Part shown: positions 40,662-49,292 of the stretch, one piece after another | How the letters are laid out: every line of letters starts with the position of its first letter | Position numbering within the stretch: the stretch's first letter is position 1 | IMG/VR virus record: IMGVR_UViG_2831345111_000004 | DNA: 64,000 nucleotides | Origin: an uncultured virus (IMG/VR IMGVR_UViG_2831345111_000004) | Taxonomy: Duplodnaviria; Heunggongvirae; Uroviricota; Caudoviricetes | Reading direction: 5' to 3' (one strand) | Notes under the pieces: generated by a model | Seen by the model: the letters and a program-made list of their open reading frames with translations, nothing else | What the model was told of the DNA's origin: nothing | Database searches by the model: none | Program-made: the position numbers and the translations under genes

Positions 40662-41623
40662 TTTGACGCTCCAGTGGCAGGTTGAATTCGTTCACGGAAG
40701 ACCGACACTGACCAGTCCGAAGCGACGTCCCATAAGGTAAAGTCTGCGCATACCGGCGCACCTGCATAAGCACTGTCAATAAGCGCCACCTCGTCGTCCT
40801 CGCCACCTTCCTGGCCTTGGATGTATTCGATGCTAAGGCCTTTCGCCCAACTACCCTGGCCACGCAGTTTACGCATCTCATGGGTGACCGAGTTGGCGCG
40901 CACACTTTCGAATGTCTTTACCTGGATGGCTGGTACGCGAACCAAATGCGGGCTTCCTGTCTCAAGGCCATAGACCAAAAAGTAGGCGTGCTTGGGTGCT
41001 TTTTTACGCTCCATGAGGTACAGGCGTGCCCGGCGGCCAGTATCTTGTAATTCGATTAGGAAGAGATACTGCCGCAGCAATTCCTTTTGTTGAGGAGTTG
41101 CGAGGCCCGCGGCCGCAATGCCAGCCAGAGCTTCTGCCTGACGGCGGGATAGCCTCTCAGCATTGAACACTGACAGCTTGAGGTCAAATTTATCCTGGCC
41201 ATACACAAAGGCGCGACCATCTTTGGTCTCGAACCAGCAATTCTTGCCGTCCGAATAGATACCAGGCCGCTTGATTCTAGGCTCGGTCTCGCGATATCCG
41301 TCGTAGTCCAGGGTTGATTCCAGGGCGTCCTCATTGGCCATCCAGTATTCCAATGGGAGCACCTTGAGATGCTTTTTAGCGGGTTGTGCTGCATGGGGGC
41401 CGGCATCCAGGGGCTTCCAGTACAGGATGGTGTCCGAGACATCCCAGCCTTCTGAGTCAGCGGTATACCAGACCTGGTCACCCCCTTCAGTACGCGCAAG
41501 GTAAACCACGCGCTGACGGCCATCCTTGAAGTACCCCTGAACTTCAGAGGATACTCTGCGCCATCCTTCATCGATGGAGAGCTTGGGAGGACGGGATACA
41601 GGACTCCATGCAGTTTTTTTCAT
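40658..41623 (-). CDS. Hypothetical protein
   Basis: 321 aa, starts 2 nt after the nrtR stop. Confidence 0.8.
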   Translation of the reverse strand: MKKTAWSPVSRPPKLSIDEGWRRVSSEVQGYFKDGRQRVVYLARTEGGDQVWYTADSEGWDVSDTILYWKPLDAGPHAAQPAKKHLKVLPLEYWMANEDALESTLDYDGYRETEPRIKRPGIYSDGKNCWFETKDGRAFVYGQDKFDLKLSVFNAERLSRRQAEALAGIAAAGLATPQQKELLRQYLFLIELQDTGRRARLYLMERKKAPKHAYFLVYGLETGSPHLVRVPAIQVKTFESVRANSVTHEMRKLRGQGSWAKGLSIEYIQGQEGGEDDEVALIDSAYAGAPVCADFTLWDVASDWSVSVFRERIQPATGASK

Positions 41624-41625
41624 CG

Positions 41626-42288
41626 TTACAACGCCTTGTTAAATACCATCACGTTTTCGAAGCGGTAGAACTTCGCCGGGCGCTGCATCCCCGATTGGAA
41701 TTCTCCGGTTGGAATGACACATCCCATAGCATCGATTCGGCGACGGAAGTTCGCCTTGTCGAGTTTCACCTGCAAAACCGCCTCGTAGGTTTTTTGAAGC
41801 TGCGTCAAGGTAAACTGCTCTGGCAGCAATGCGCAGGGCAGTGTCGAGTAAGCCGATTTGTTGCGCACACGCTCCACGGCCGCGGCGATAATACGCCGGT
41901 GGTCGAAAGCAAGGTCTACCGGCAGGTCATCGACGTCATAGAAGTGAAACACCCCCTTGCCCGCAGCCTCGAGGTCAGCCAGCGGCACAAGAGCAATATA
42001 AGCCACCGAGACAGACCAGTCCCAGCGATTGTCGCGTTTACCAGAGAAAACACGCAACTGCTCGATATACCGAGGAATGAATCCAGTCTTCTGCTGCAAC
42101 ACACGCAGCACAGCCGCGTCGGTGTCCACATCCTCATCGATATGGATAACCCCTCCCGGCAAGGCCAACTTACCCTGCTCAGGAATGTTCTCACGGCGAT
42201 GCAATGCGACATGCAAGCGCTCTCCTCGCAAGGTCAACAATGCAGCGTCGACCGTAGTTACAGGGAGCGGATATTCAAATACGTTCAT
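41626..42288 (-). CDS. nrtR: NrtR-family Nudix/wHTH ADP-ribose-responsive repressor
   Basis: TVD, ALPGG, degenerate Nudix box (VLQQKTG), EQL..F, LAFDH, FTLTQLQ..YE, DKANFRR, RPA. Confidence 0.93.
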   Translation of the reverse strand: MNVFEYPLPVTTVDAALLTLRGERLHVALHRRENIPEQGKLALPGGVIHIDEDVDTDAAVLRVLQQKTGFIPRYIEQLRVFSGKRDNRWDWSVSVAYIALVPLADLEAAGKGVFHFYDVDDLPVDLAFDHRRIIAAAVERVRNKSAYSTLPCALLPEQFTLTQLQKTYEAVLQVKLDKANFRRRIDAMGCVIPTGEFQSGMQRPAKFYRFENVMVFNKAL

Positions 42289-42305
42289 AAATCACTATCC
42301 TTTTT

Positions 42306-42414
42306 CGTGTTATTGTTTAAGTGCATTTGGCACGATATTAGTATCTGTTAATTAGGCAATACCAAATCAACAGGGCCGCAATCCTACCATTACAGGGCTT
42401 AAACAGAACACACG
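42306..42414 (-). ncRNA. Candidate structured 5' leader RNA of nrtR
   Basis: Closing stem plus three internal hairpins; G-U pairs favour the minus strand. Confidence 0.45.
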
Positions 42415-42458
42415 AGCGCCTTAGATGGGCTCGGCATGGGGTCAATCGAGTAAGTGTT

Positions 42459-42544
42459 AATATAGCACTAAGTATAACAATAGTCAATATTTACCTCGTA
42501 TGCATTCTCGGAAAGTTGCACAAAACAACAAAACACGGTATATT
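42459..42544. promoter_or_regulatory. Divergent sigma70 promoters (nrtR and PTP-like gene)
   Basis: Minus TTGACT-17-TATATT (42459-42487); plus TTGCAC-17-TATATT (42516-42544). Confidence 0.7.
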
Positions 42545-42609
42545 TTTGTTATGATGTTTCATTCTTAGGGTGCCTCACCCGCTTCATCTACTCACTGGAG
42601 TGACCTTAC

Positions 42610-43095
42610 TTGCTTTCAGCTGTCGATTTTGTTTCCTTGCAGGCGTTTATGGATGTGTTGCCGGAGGACCGTTTGGCTGTGATTTCCATCGGCGACCCGG
42701 CGCAGCTTCCACCCAGCCAGTTCTATGGGCACGCCCATGCGTTACGTCTTGAGTTCCTGGATAATGAACTCGAAGACCTGGCCATCCATGGTATTCCAGC
42801 AGAGGCGCTGTGCTCGCTCGAGCAGGTAGAATCGGCCGTCCACTTTATCCGTGAATTACATGCATCACCGCAATCCTATCGCTTGGTTGTTCATTGTCGA
42901 ATGGGGGCTTCCAGAAGCGCAGCCATTGCACTGGTGGCGCATTCCATGACGCAATGTCATTTTCCGCGATGGGCGGAGGCCAACTATGCAAACAAGCATG
43001 TGCTGCTGTTGGCACAGGACATTCTTGGTATCCAGATTGCCGTGCCGCCCTTCCCTTACGATTACGACTACCTGCCCAGCGCTCTCGCTATTTAG
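42610..43095 (+). CDS. Protein tyrosine/dual-specificity phosphatase-like protein
   Basis: VISI, VVHCRMGASRSAA (CX5R). Confidence 0.88.
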   Translation: MLSAVDFVSLQAFMDVLPEDRLAVISIGDPAQLPPSQFYGHAHALRLEFLDNELEDLAIHGIPAEALCSLEQVESAVHFIRELHASPQSYRLVVHCRMGASRSAAIALVAHSMTQCHFPRWAEANYANKHVLLLAQDILGIQIAVPPFPYDYDYLPSALAI

Positions 43096-43139
43096 CGCCG
43101 GCGCTATACCCATCAGGACTTACTATTTAACAGGAGGAA

Positions 43140-43328
43140 ATGATGTCATTTAACTACGTGGTGCAGGTCTTCTGCACAGGGATGGGATGGGTAGATTCAA
43201 AACACGGGGGCAATACGCCGGCGGAAGCAAAAGCTGCAGAAGAACGCCTGCTTAGCACCGATGACGCTTGGGTCAACCCGGCCGCTCCCCGACAAACCCG
43301 CATCAAGCCGGAGGTGTCCCATGGCTAG
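43140..43328 (+). CDS. Small hypothetical protein
   Basis: AGGAGG RBS. Confidence 0.75.
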   Translation: MMSFNYVVQVFCTGMGWVDSKHGGNTPAEAKAAEERLLSTDDAWVNPAAPRQTRIKPEVSHG

Positions 43329-43530
43329 ATATGCTCCATTCACAGGCCAATTGTATCAACTGAATGCTGCATACAAGTTGCATGTCGGGGCCTACGTGGC
43401 AGTTAATGGGCCGCACGACCGTTACGGCATCGTTACGAGTATTGCAGAGTCGAAGTCCAGTGAGGGCTTCCTTCATCAGATTCGTGGATGTAAACCCCGT
43501 TCTCTGGAAAAACCTGCATATCAGTTCTAA
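43321..43530 (+). CDS. Small hypothetical protein
   Basis: GGAGG RBS, overlaps upstream stop. Confidence 0.7.
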   Translation: MARYAPFTGQLYQLNAAYKLHVGAYVAVNGPHDRYGIVTSIAESKSSEGFLHQIRGCKPRSLEKPAYQF

Positions 43531-43534
43531 TCTC

Positions 43535-43592
43535 AACGCCTGGTACCGCCAGGCGTTTTTCTATTGAAAAACCCCGAGCTATGTCGGGGTTG
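43535..43592. terminator. Back-to-back intrinsic terminators
   Basis: AACGCCTGG-TACCG-CCAGGCGTTTTT and AAAACCCCGA-GCTATG-TCGGGGTT. Confidence 0.75.
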
Positions 43593-43601
43593 AGTTTGTT
43601 G

Positions 43602-43889
43602 TTATGACAGGTTTGTGCCTTCGTACTTTGCCTTGAGCCGTTCAACCTCAGCGGAAAGTTCCTTGTTTTTCTTTTCGAGCTTGGTCACGTAATTGCCGTA
43701 CCCATCACTTACATGGCAGCAGTCGGGATTGGTGCAGATAAAATTTGCTGTTTCCCAGTTGGCGCCCAACACCTGAAACTCCTTACGATGAAAATCTTTC
43801 TTGGTAAGTTGGTGATAGGCCGAGCCAGGGGCACTCAGAGTCACTTGGACCTGCATCCGCGTATCGCTACCGCATTTTTCACATTTCAT
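43602..43889 (-). CDS. Zn-ribbon hypothetical protein
   Basis: CEKC...CTNPDC plus coiled coil. Confidence 0.75.
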   Translation of the reverse strand: MKCEKCGSDTRMQVQVTLSAPGSAYHQLTKKDFHRKEFQVLGANWETANFICTNPDCCHVSDGYGNYVTKLEKKNKELSAEVERLKAKYEGTNLS

Positions 43890-43977
43890 TTTCCATTCCA
43901 GTCCTGATGTATTTGAATCCCACAGGTGGTATAGGTTGTGGCGAAAGAAAATCCCGGCCATACGACCGGGATGCGAG

Positions 43978-44235
43978 TTAGGCGTTGTACCAAGTACGCA
44001 CGTATTCCGGGGGATTTAACCCCAAGCAGTGCAAATCTTCCTTTTGGAGCTTGCCGCAGTGACCTCGGCAGCAGGTGCGAGTTGCCGGCTTCATCACGAT
44101 ACCCAGTCGTTGGGAATGTTCATCATAGAATTCAGCCGGGGTATAGCGCCAGCGATGATGCCCAAAGAAGCAGGCAGTTTTACTGGCCAGATGACGAAGC
44201 TTACGCTTCGCAGCTTTCAAAATGGTTTGTTGCAT
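43978..44235 (-). CDS. Small Cys/His-rich hypothetical protein
   Basis: CFFGHH.W...C..C motif. Confidence 0.7.
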   Translation of the reverse strand: MQQTILKAAKRKLRHLASKTACFFGHHRWRYTPAEFYDEHSQRLGIVMKPATRTCCRGHCGKLQKEDLHCLGLNPPEYVRTWYNA

Positions 44236-44305
44236 GGATATGTTCCTAATATGTTGGCGGTGGCCTGTTGAGGGAAGTTACATTCCGTATAGGCTCACCA
44301 ACCAT

Positions 44306-44397
44306 CGAAAAGTCAAAACCCCGCAAAGGCGGGGCTCGACCTTAAGTACCTGGTAGGGAGACGACTGGCGTGTGAATCTAGGAGTCCCAGGACTCAA
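44306..44397 (-). ncRNA. Candidate small RNA (about 90 nt)
   Basis: TATACT at 44404-44409, 5' hairpin GAGTCC/GGACTC, intrinsic terminator 44308-44341, no ORF. Confidence 0.45.
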
Positions 44398-44452
44398 TGA
44401 TTGAGTATAGTGCGATTTTACCTACGCGGAAGTATTTTGATTCCGCTAGAGC

Positions 44453-44839
44453 TCAACCCAACCCGAGCTGGTCAAGTAACCGGTTAGCGTTATCCCCACC
44501 ATTAGAAGCGCAGGCGTGGTTCACGCAAAAAATTAAAACCGCCCCTTCTGGCGAGGTTTCCTTGCGCATATCGGGTTCACCACAAATCGGGCAGTCTACC
44601 CAATCACGCCGCACAACTTGTCGCGGGTCTTCAACCACAACAGAAAGTTTTCGCGTCTTGCGTGGCTCATACCGCTGCTCGGGATGAAAATCGGGGAAGC
44701 TTCCGCGCCCAATCGGACATTGCAGCGTATTTGCGCGATGATTTCCTTTTTGACGTCCGCAATGCTTACACAGGGGCACCGGGCTGGTGTTCAGGTTCAA
44801 CTCAAAGGTTCCGTCTTCAATCAGGGGCGCATCACTCAT
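44453..44839 (-). CDS. Double Zn-finger hypothetical protein
   Basis: CKHC...H...C and CPIC...CVNHAC. Confidence 0.7.
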   Translation of the reverse strand: MSDAPLIEDGTFELNLNTSPVPLCKHCGRQKGNHRANTLQCPIGRGSFPDFHPEQRYEPRKTRKLSVVVEDPRQVVRRDWVDCPICGEPDMRKETSPEGAVLIFCVNHACASNGGDNANRLLDQLGLG

Positions 44840-44850
44840 ACATCTTCCAT

Positions 44851-45291
44851 TTACGCAGGCAAACCGATATGCGACCAAACCCATTGGTTAAGCCAAGCCT
44901 GCTTACGCGCACTCAACATCGAATTAACTTCAGCAGGCGGCACCAGCCGGAATTCATCCACTTCCGGATAGTCAGGGCCGCTGGGATTTGTCACCATCGA
45001 CATGCAGAACATCTCGGCCGGATTGAGCGATACCCGGGCAAGGTAGAGCCGCATATCCTTTTCCTCGGTAAAAGGGTGCTGGCCAAAATCATGAGCGTTG
45101 GAGACCTCCGCTGCCGATAGGATGACGCCGGTCTCCTCCCGCAGCTCACGTACAGCTGCCGAGAGATGCGTTTCACCTTGGGCCGCCCAGCCTTTGGGAA
45201 AGTCCCATACGTCCTTGCCTGGAGGATGAACCAATAGCCAATGGCCGGTCTGGTTATCCACGAGAATGAACCCGCAACTGCACTTTTTCAT
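44851..45291 (-). CDS. Nudix hydrolase
   Basis: WDFPKG...GETHLSAAVRELREETG. Confidence 0.93.
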   Translation of the reverse strand: MKKCSCGFILVDNQTGHWLLVHPPGKDVWDFPKGWAAQGETHLSAAVRELREETGVILSAAEVSNAHDFGQHPFTEEKDMRLYLARVSLNPAEMFCMSMVTNPSGPDYPEVDEFRLVPPAEVNSMLSARKQAWLNQWVWSHIGLPA

Positions 45292-45321
45292 TATGTTTTA
45301 ATTACGAAAATGTAGTGTTAA

Positions 45322-45350
45322 ACTATGCCACAAAAATGCTTATTTGTCAA
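45322..45350 (-). promoter_or_regulatory. sigma70-type promoter
   Basis: TTGACA-17-CATAGT. Confidence 0.65.
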
Positions 45351-45361
45351 TTACATGGTTG

Positions 45362-46330
45362 TTAATCAGGCTCAGTCAGTCCATGACGGACGGTCGAGCG
45401 TAATTCTTCGTGCCCGAGGAATTCCTGGACCTCCTCCGGGGAGTAGCGAAGCAGAGCCTGGCGCGCAAAAGTATTGCGGAGAAGATTGACGCCGCGGTCT
45501 TCCTTCCGGTGGATGTTCGCCATGCGAAGCCAGGTATCGATGCGACGAAACACCCCTGACTCGGTGTAAGGTCGGCCGGCGCGCGTTGCTGGAAAGGCAA
45601 CCTCAGAACGTACGCCCATGTCATGTCGGTCTCGTTCCCATAGCTCCCAGAATCCCCGCGCCTGTCCTGGAAGGATAATGGATACATGCTCCCGGTGGAC
45701 GCCGGCCGGCAGGATACGCACCCTGTAATCCGGCCCAACAGCAGACCAGGGCATGGCCAGGAGTTCATTACAGCGTAACCCTGCGCCGAGGAGGAGCGCT
45801 GCCATTGCCCGGTCGCGGTCGCCCTTCCATCCATCCAGGAGCTTGATGGCCCTCCACAGGCGGTCCACTTCTTCGTCGGTCAGACTGGCGGGTTCAGGGA
45901 CGGCAAGCCCGCGTTCTTTTTTGAGTTCAAGAAGCATGGGGTTCGCTCCATCCCAGCCTAGTTGCCGCAAGGCGCGGTAGACGCGGTCGATGAGCTGCAG
46001 GTAACGCCGTCGGGACACCGCCTCGATGCCTTCTTTGTGCGTTCGCCGGCGGGAGACGTGCTTCAGCGAGAGTTGGTTGAAGTAGGCCTCAGCATCGTCC
46101 TGGGTTGCCTCGAGCAACGAGCTATGGCGTGCTTCGAGGAATCGCAGCCAGGTTTCGAATTGATGAGTGTAGGTATCGGCCGAGGAGGCGCGGAATTGCC
46201 GGCGTTGAGCAACCACCTCGCCGGCCAGCCAGCGTGCAAAGGATTCTCGCGGATGCAGAGACCAATCGAGCAATGAGCTGCCGGCAAACAGCAGACCGGA
46301 TTTAACGTCAATTTCGGGACTTTTCGCCAT
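45362..46330 (-). CDS. Tyrosine recombinase/integrase-family protein with degenerate active site
   Basis: RDRAM..LLLGAGLRCNEL, NLLRNTFA, FLGH; STVRH at the Tyr position. Confidence 0.9.
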   Translation of the reverse strand: MAKSPEIDVKSGLLFAGSSLLDWSLHPRESFARWLAGEVVAQRRQFRASSADTYTHQFETWLRFLEARHSSLLEATQDDAEAYFNQLSLKHVSRRRTHKEGIEAVSRRRYLQLIDRVYRALRQLGWDGANPMLLELKKERGLAVPEPASLTDEEVDRLWRAIKLLDGWKGDRDRAMAALLLGAGLRCNELLAMPWSAVGPDYRVRILPAGVHREHVSIILPGQARGFWELWERDRHDMGVRSEVAFPATRAGRPYTESGVFRRIDTWLRMANIHRKEDRGVNLLRNTFARQALLRYSPEEVQEFLGHEELRSTVRHGLTEPD

Positions 46331-46361
46331 AGTGGGTACGAGATTACGAAGCACCAAAGTG

Positions 46362-46495
46362 AAAGTCAAGTAACGAACAACCCGAATGAAACATAATGCC
46401 TAGCTTTTCTTGGAATATCCATGTGAAAGGGTCTTCCAGAAATACAAAAACTAAGCGGCTAAAGTATTTGAAGGTCTTGTGCGTTACTTGACTTT
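46362..46495. repeat. 19-bp inverted repeat (18/19) with 96-bp spacer
   Basis: AAAGTCAAGTAACGAACAA (46362-46380) and TTGTGCGTTACTTGACTTT (46477-46495). Confidence 0.9.
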
Positions 46496-46588
46496 GTTGA
46501 TGCCGAAGGCATTGGCGGTCGGATTTCTTTGCATCGTTTGCGAAATGAAGAATCTCCCGGCTGAGTCGTGGCTCAATGCGGCAGATGG

Positions 46589-46831
46589 TTACTTTTGAAT
46601 TACGCGGAGGGAGGGATGCTGGTCAGTCAGGAGTAAAAAATATTCCCATAAACCGATGGGAATAGCTCGCGAATCAGAATTGGTTTCAGGGGCCTCATAG
46701 CGCTGCCAGGTGCGATACCCTTTAGCCCCTGCATTAGACACAAGTTGGGCGGCCTCGGTTTGGGTCAGCCCTGCCGCCCTGCGAGCCGCAACAACCTCTT
46801 CAGGCGTGGGCGGGCGGAGCTTGGTTCGCAT
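46589..46831 (-). CDS. XRE-family HTH repressor (KorC-like)
   Basis: PPTPEEVVAARRAAGLTQTEAAQLV...YRTWQRYE...IP..LWE.F. Confidence 0.85.
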   Translation of the reverse strand: MRTKLRPPTPEEVVAARRAAGLTQTEAAQLVSNAGAKGYRTWQRYEAPETNSDSRAIPIGLWEYFLLLTDQHPSLRVIQK

Positions 46832-47102
46832 CTTGACGGCTTGCCAGTTTGTTAGCCCAGTAGCGGTCCCGCTCAGCCTCACTTACCGTGAGCGAGTGAT
46901 AGTTTTTTGCATCCTGCAAAGCCTGTTCAGCCGCAGCTTCTTTCGCGGCATAGAAACCTTCCAGGAAGGCTGCCAACTGAAATGAGTTTTCCAAATAGCT
47001 GTGCTTACCGCGACCTGTAACCCCGAAGCGCTGGAAGGCTTCACGACCCTCTTTTCGACAGGCGTGCGCCGTTTCGTTTGCCAACAGCGAATGATTGTAC
47101 AT
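46800..47102 (-). CDS. Hypothetical protein
   Basis: First gene downstream of the palindromic promoter; overlaps the HTH gene. Confidence 0.7.
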   Translation of the reverse strand: MYNHSLLANETAHACRKEGREAFQRFGVTGRGKHSYLENSFQLAAFLEGFYAAKEAAAEQALQDAKNYHSLTVSEAERDRYWANKLASRQDANQAPPAHA

Positions 47103-47128
47103 AGTGTTTAAGGGAAATATGGATGATT

Positions 47129-47159
47129 CATTATACGCCCAATGGGCGTATAATGTCAA
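47129..47159 (-). promoter_or_regulatory. Consensus sigma70 promoter embedded in a perfect 27-bp palindromic operator
   Basis: TTGACA-18-TATAAT; CATTATACGCCCA-A-TGGGCGTATAATG. Confidence 0.9.
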
Positions 47160-47222
47160 GGACGTTCCACTTTCCTATACAGGTATGCCAATAGGCATCA
47201 TCTAATCTTGAGAGGAAAAATC

Positions 47223-48197
47223 ATGCGTTACAAAGTGAAAGTCGAGATTGTCGCCTCGAACCGGCCACCAGTGTACGTGGGCAGTGCCACCGTCATTGCA
47301 GATTCAGAGGAAATCGCCATCGGGGATGCGTTAATGCAATGTGACGACGGCTCGCTCCAGGCGGATGAACATTTGCAAGGGACAGCAGAACTGCTCCCCT
47401 CTTTGCTAAGCGTCCAACGCTATGTGCTGGATTACGTCACTTACCGCTTTATCTACAACCTGGACGACGGTACGCTTCACCATCTCCAGCAGAACCGGGG
47501 TCCATTTTTATCGGAGTCAAATGGACCATGGCTGTCGGTGGGCAAGGATGTGCAGAAAAAGCTTCTGGATGAACTCGCTAATGGGCAGGAAAGCCTGCAT
47601 ACCATTATCGTCAATCCAGCCCGGTATTCCGCGGAGCAATGCTTCACCTTACCGGATTGGGTTCCACAGCGCTTCCTCTGGGTGGATTCGTGCAGCTACA
47701 AATTTAAGGGGATGCATAGGTATGCTGACCTTCGATTTGTGTATGACCGGCTGCATAATAAAGTTGAGTATGCGCAAATTGAAACGAAGACGGCCGGTTG
47801 GGTTTCATTACTCGATGAACTGGTTCCTGAAGTCGAAAGTTATTTCAAATCGATTCCTGGCGCGACTGAGTGTTGTGACCCCTGGGACTTCATCATCAGT
47901 AACGAGCTGCCTCCCTGGGTGGTCAATATCAAAAATGACCTTCCCTCCTGGGCCGAAGAAGAACCAGTGTCCTCGGTTATCGGACCTGTGAAGGTTATCG
48001 TGCTTTCTAACCTAGTCAACGGACAGCCAGCGCTGTACATGGCTGAAGTCGAGGGCGGTGATGGCAATCGGCATATCCACCAGGCCATCCAGGTAGGATT
48101 GATGGCTGGGTTGATGGAGCCCATGCTGTGTTTCTCCAAATCGGACCCAGTGGGCCAATCCATGGCCGACGCACTCGCCTGGTTGAACACTCCTTAG
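47223..48197 (+). CDS. Modular hypothetical protein (paralog of 48328..49221)
   Basis: GAGG RBS; internal duplicated RF.Y...LP.W unit. Confidence 0.85.
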   Translation: MRYKVKVEIVASNRPPVYVGSATVIADSEEIAIGDALMQCDDGSLQADEHLQGTAELLPSLLSVQRYVLDYVTYRFIYNLDDGTLHHLQQNRGPFLSESNGPWLSVGKDVQKKLLDELANGQESLHTIIVNPARYSAEQCFTLPDWVPQRFLWVDSCSYKFKGMHRYADLRFVYDRLHNKVEYAQIETKTAGWVSLLDELVPEVESYFKSIPGATECCDPWDFIISNELPPWVVNIKNDLPSWAEEEPVSSVIGPVKVIVLSNLVNGQPALYMAEVEGGDGNRHIHQAIQVGLMAGLMEPMLCFSKSDPVGQSMADALAWLNTP

Positions 48198-48327
48198 GCA
48201 AATACTGGCATCTCCACACACCTCATTCGAGGTGTGTTTTTTGCGTCAATCGCACCTTCCTATACTCAAAAGCCATAGGGCACATCATTCGCCGGTTCCC
48301 GGCGCCAATAATTACGGAAGGAAAAAC

Positions 48328-49221
48328 ATGCGATTCAAAATCAGTATCACGGCACAATTCCCGAGTCTCGCCGGTAGCGCGCCATTCCCCCTGGGTACGG
48401 CTATCGTGACGGCAGAAAATGTGGAAGCGGCAAAGGCCAAGGCCTTGGCGGAGCTAAGCACCGATGAATTTGTAGACGGCAAGGCATCGCCAGACTTCAC
48501 CATCATCGAAATGCCTCGTTTCCTTATCTCGGAAAACTGGAATCACTTCTTCGAAAAACTGGGGCAAAGAATAGTTCGGTTTGTCTATGACCATGAAACC
48601 GAATGCGTTGAGCATCTCGATATCCTGGGCGGCGATGAATGGACCCAAGTTTGGCATCCAGCTACCGAGATTCAGCGACAGGACTTCCAAGACAGTCTCG
48701 TCAATGCCAACGAAGGGTGCCTGGTCAATCCGCAAGACTACACCTGCGAAGAGTCCAATTCATGTCCGAGCTGGGCGACGCGCGTATCTGCCAACCTGAT
48801 ATATCCCAAGGTGGCGGTGCTGTGCTCCAATTCCAACGGAGAACCTGAGTTGTATACCTGTTCGCCCGCGGTCACCAAGGAGTCCTACGATGAAGGCCTG
48901 CATTACAGCATCGCCAAAAGCAATGCTGAAGACGAGGGCTACGAAGGACCCTACCTCGCCTTTGATGACAAGGACCAGGCAGCCAAGCAATTGGTGTCGA
49001 CTGCTGACTGGATGGGGACTCGCGAGAAGGCCTCAGAGGCGTCTGAAGTGGCCAGCGAACGGCAGTGGAATGCAGTTTGCAGCGACCAAGGCTGGAATGA
49101 CGCCACCCAGATTATTCATCTGATTGGTTTTATCCGGGGAAAGGGTTTGTTTTCAGAGTTTGCCGCCTATGCTGAAAAGGCTGCTGACGAAGAAAACGAA
49201 GAATCAATACTCGATATGTAA
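48328..49221 (+). CDS. Modular hypothetical protein (paralog of 47223..48197)
   Basis: AAGGA RBS; shared N-terminal, RFVYD and NG.P.LY modules. Confidence 0.85.
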   Translation: MRFKISITAQFPSLAGSAPFPLGTAIVTAENVEAAKAKALAELSTDEFVDGKASPDFTIIEMPRFLISENWNHFFEKLGQRIVRFVYDHETECVEHLDILGGDEWTQVWHPATEIQRQDFQDSLVNANEGCLVNPQDYTCEESNSCPSWATRVSANLIYPKVAVLCSNSNGEPELYTCSPAVTKESYDEGLHYSIAKSNAEDEGYEGPYLAFDDKDQAAKQLVSTADWMGTREKASEASEVASERQWNAVCSDQGWNDATQIIHLIGFIRGKGLFSEFAAYAEKAADEENEESILDM

Positions 49222-49292
49222 CGCTCAACACCTCGGCTTGCCGGGGTGTTTTTACGATAAACAAAAGAGCGCCAGTCGGCGCTCTGAGATTG

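Noticed and set aside
42318..42337. GTGC-N5-GCAC as an NrtR autoregulatory box
   Set aside because: Spacing differs from the three 21-bp operators; better explained as hairpin P4 of the leader
44355..44400. GACGACTGGCG resembles the ZTP (pfl) riboswitch core
   Set aside because: It is on the strand opposite the local genes, and I found no downstream CGCC pseudoknot partner or purine/folate gene
45362..49221. Integron or prophage boundary at the recombinase
   Set aside because: No attC-like repeats, IntI insertion, tRNA or flanking direct repeats seen
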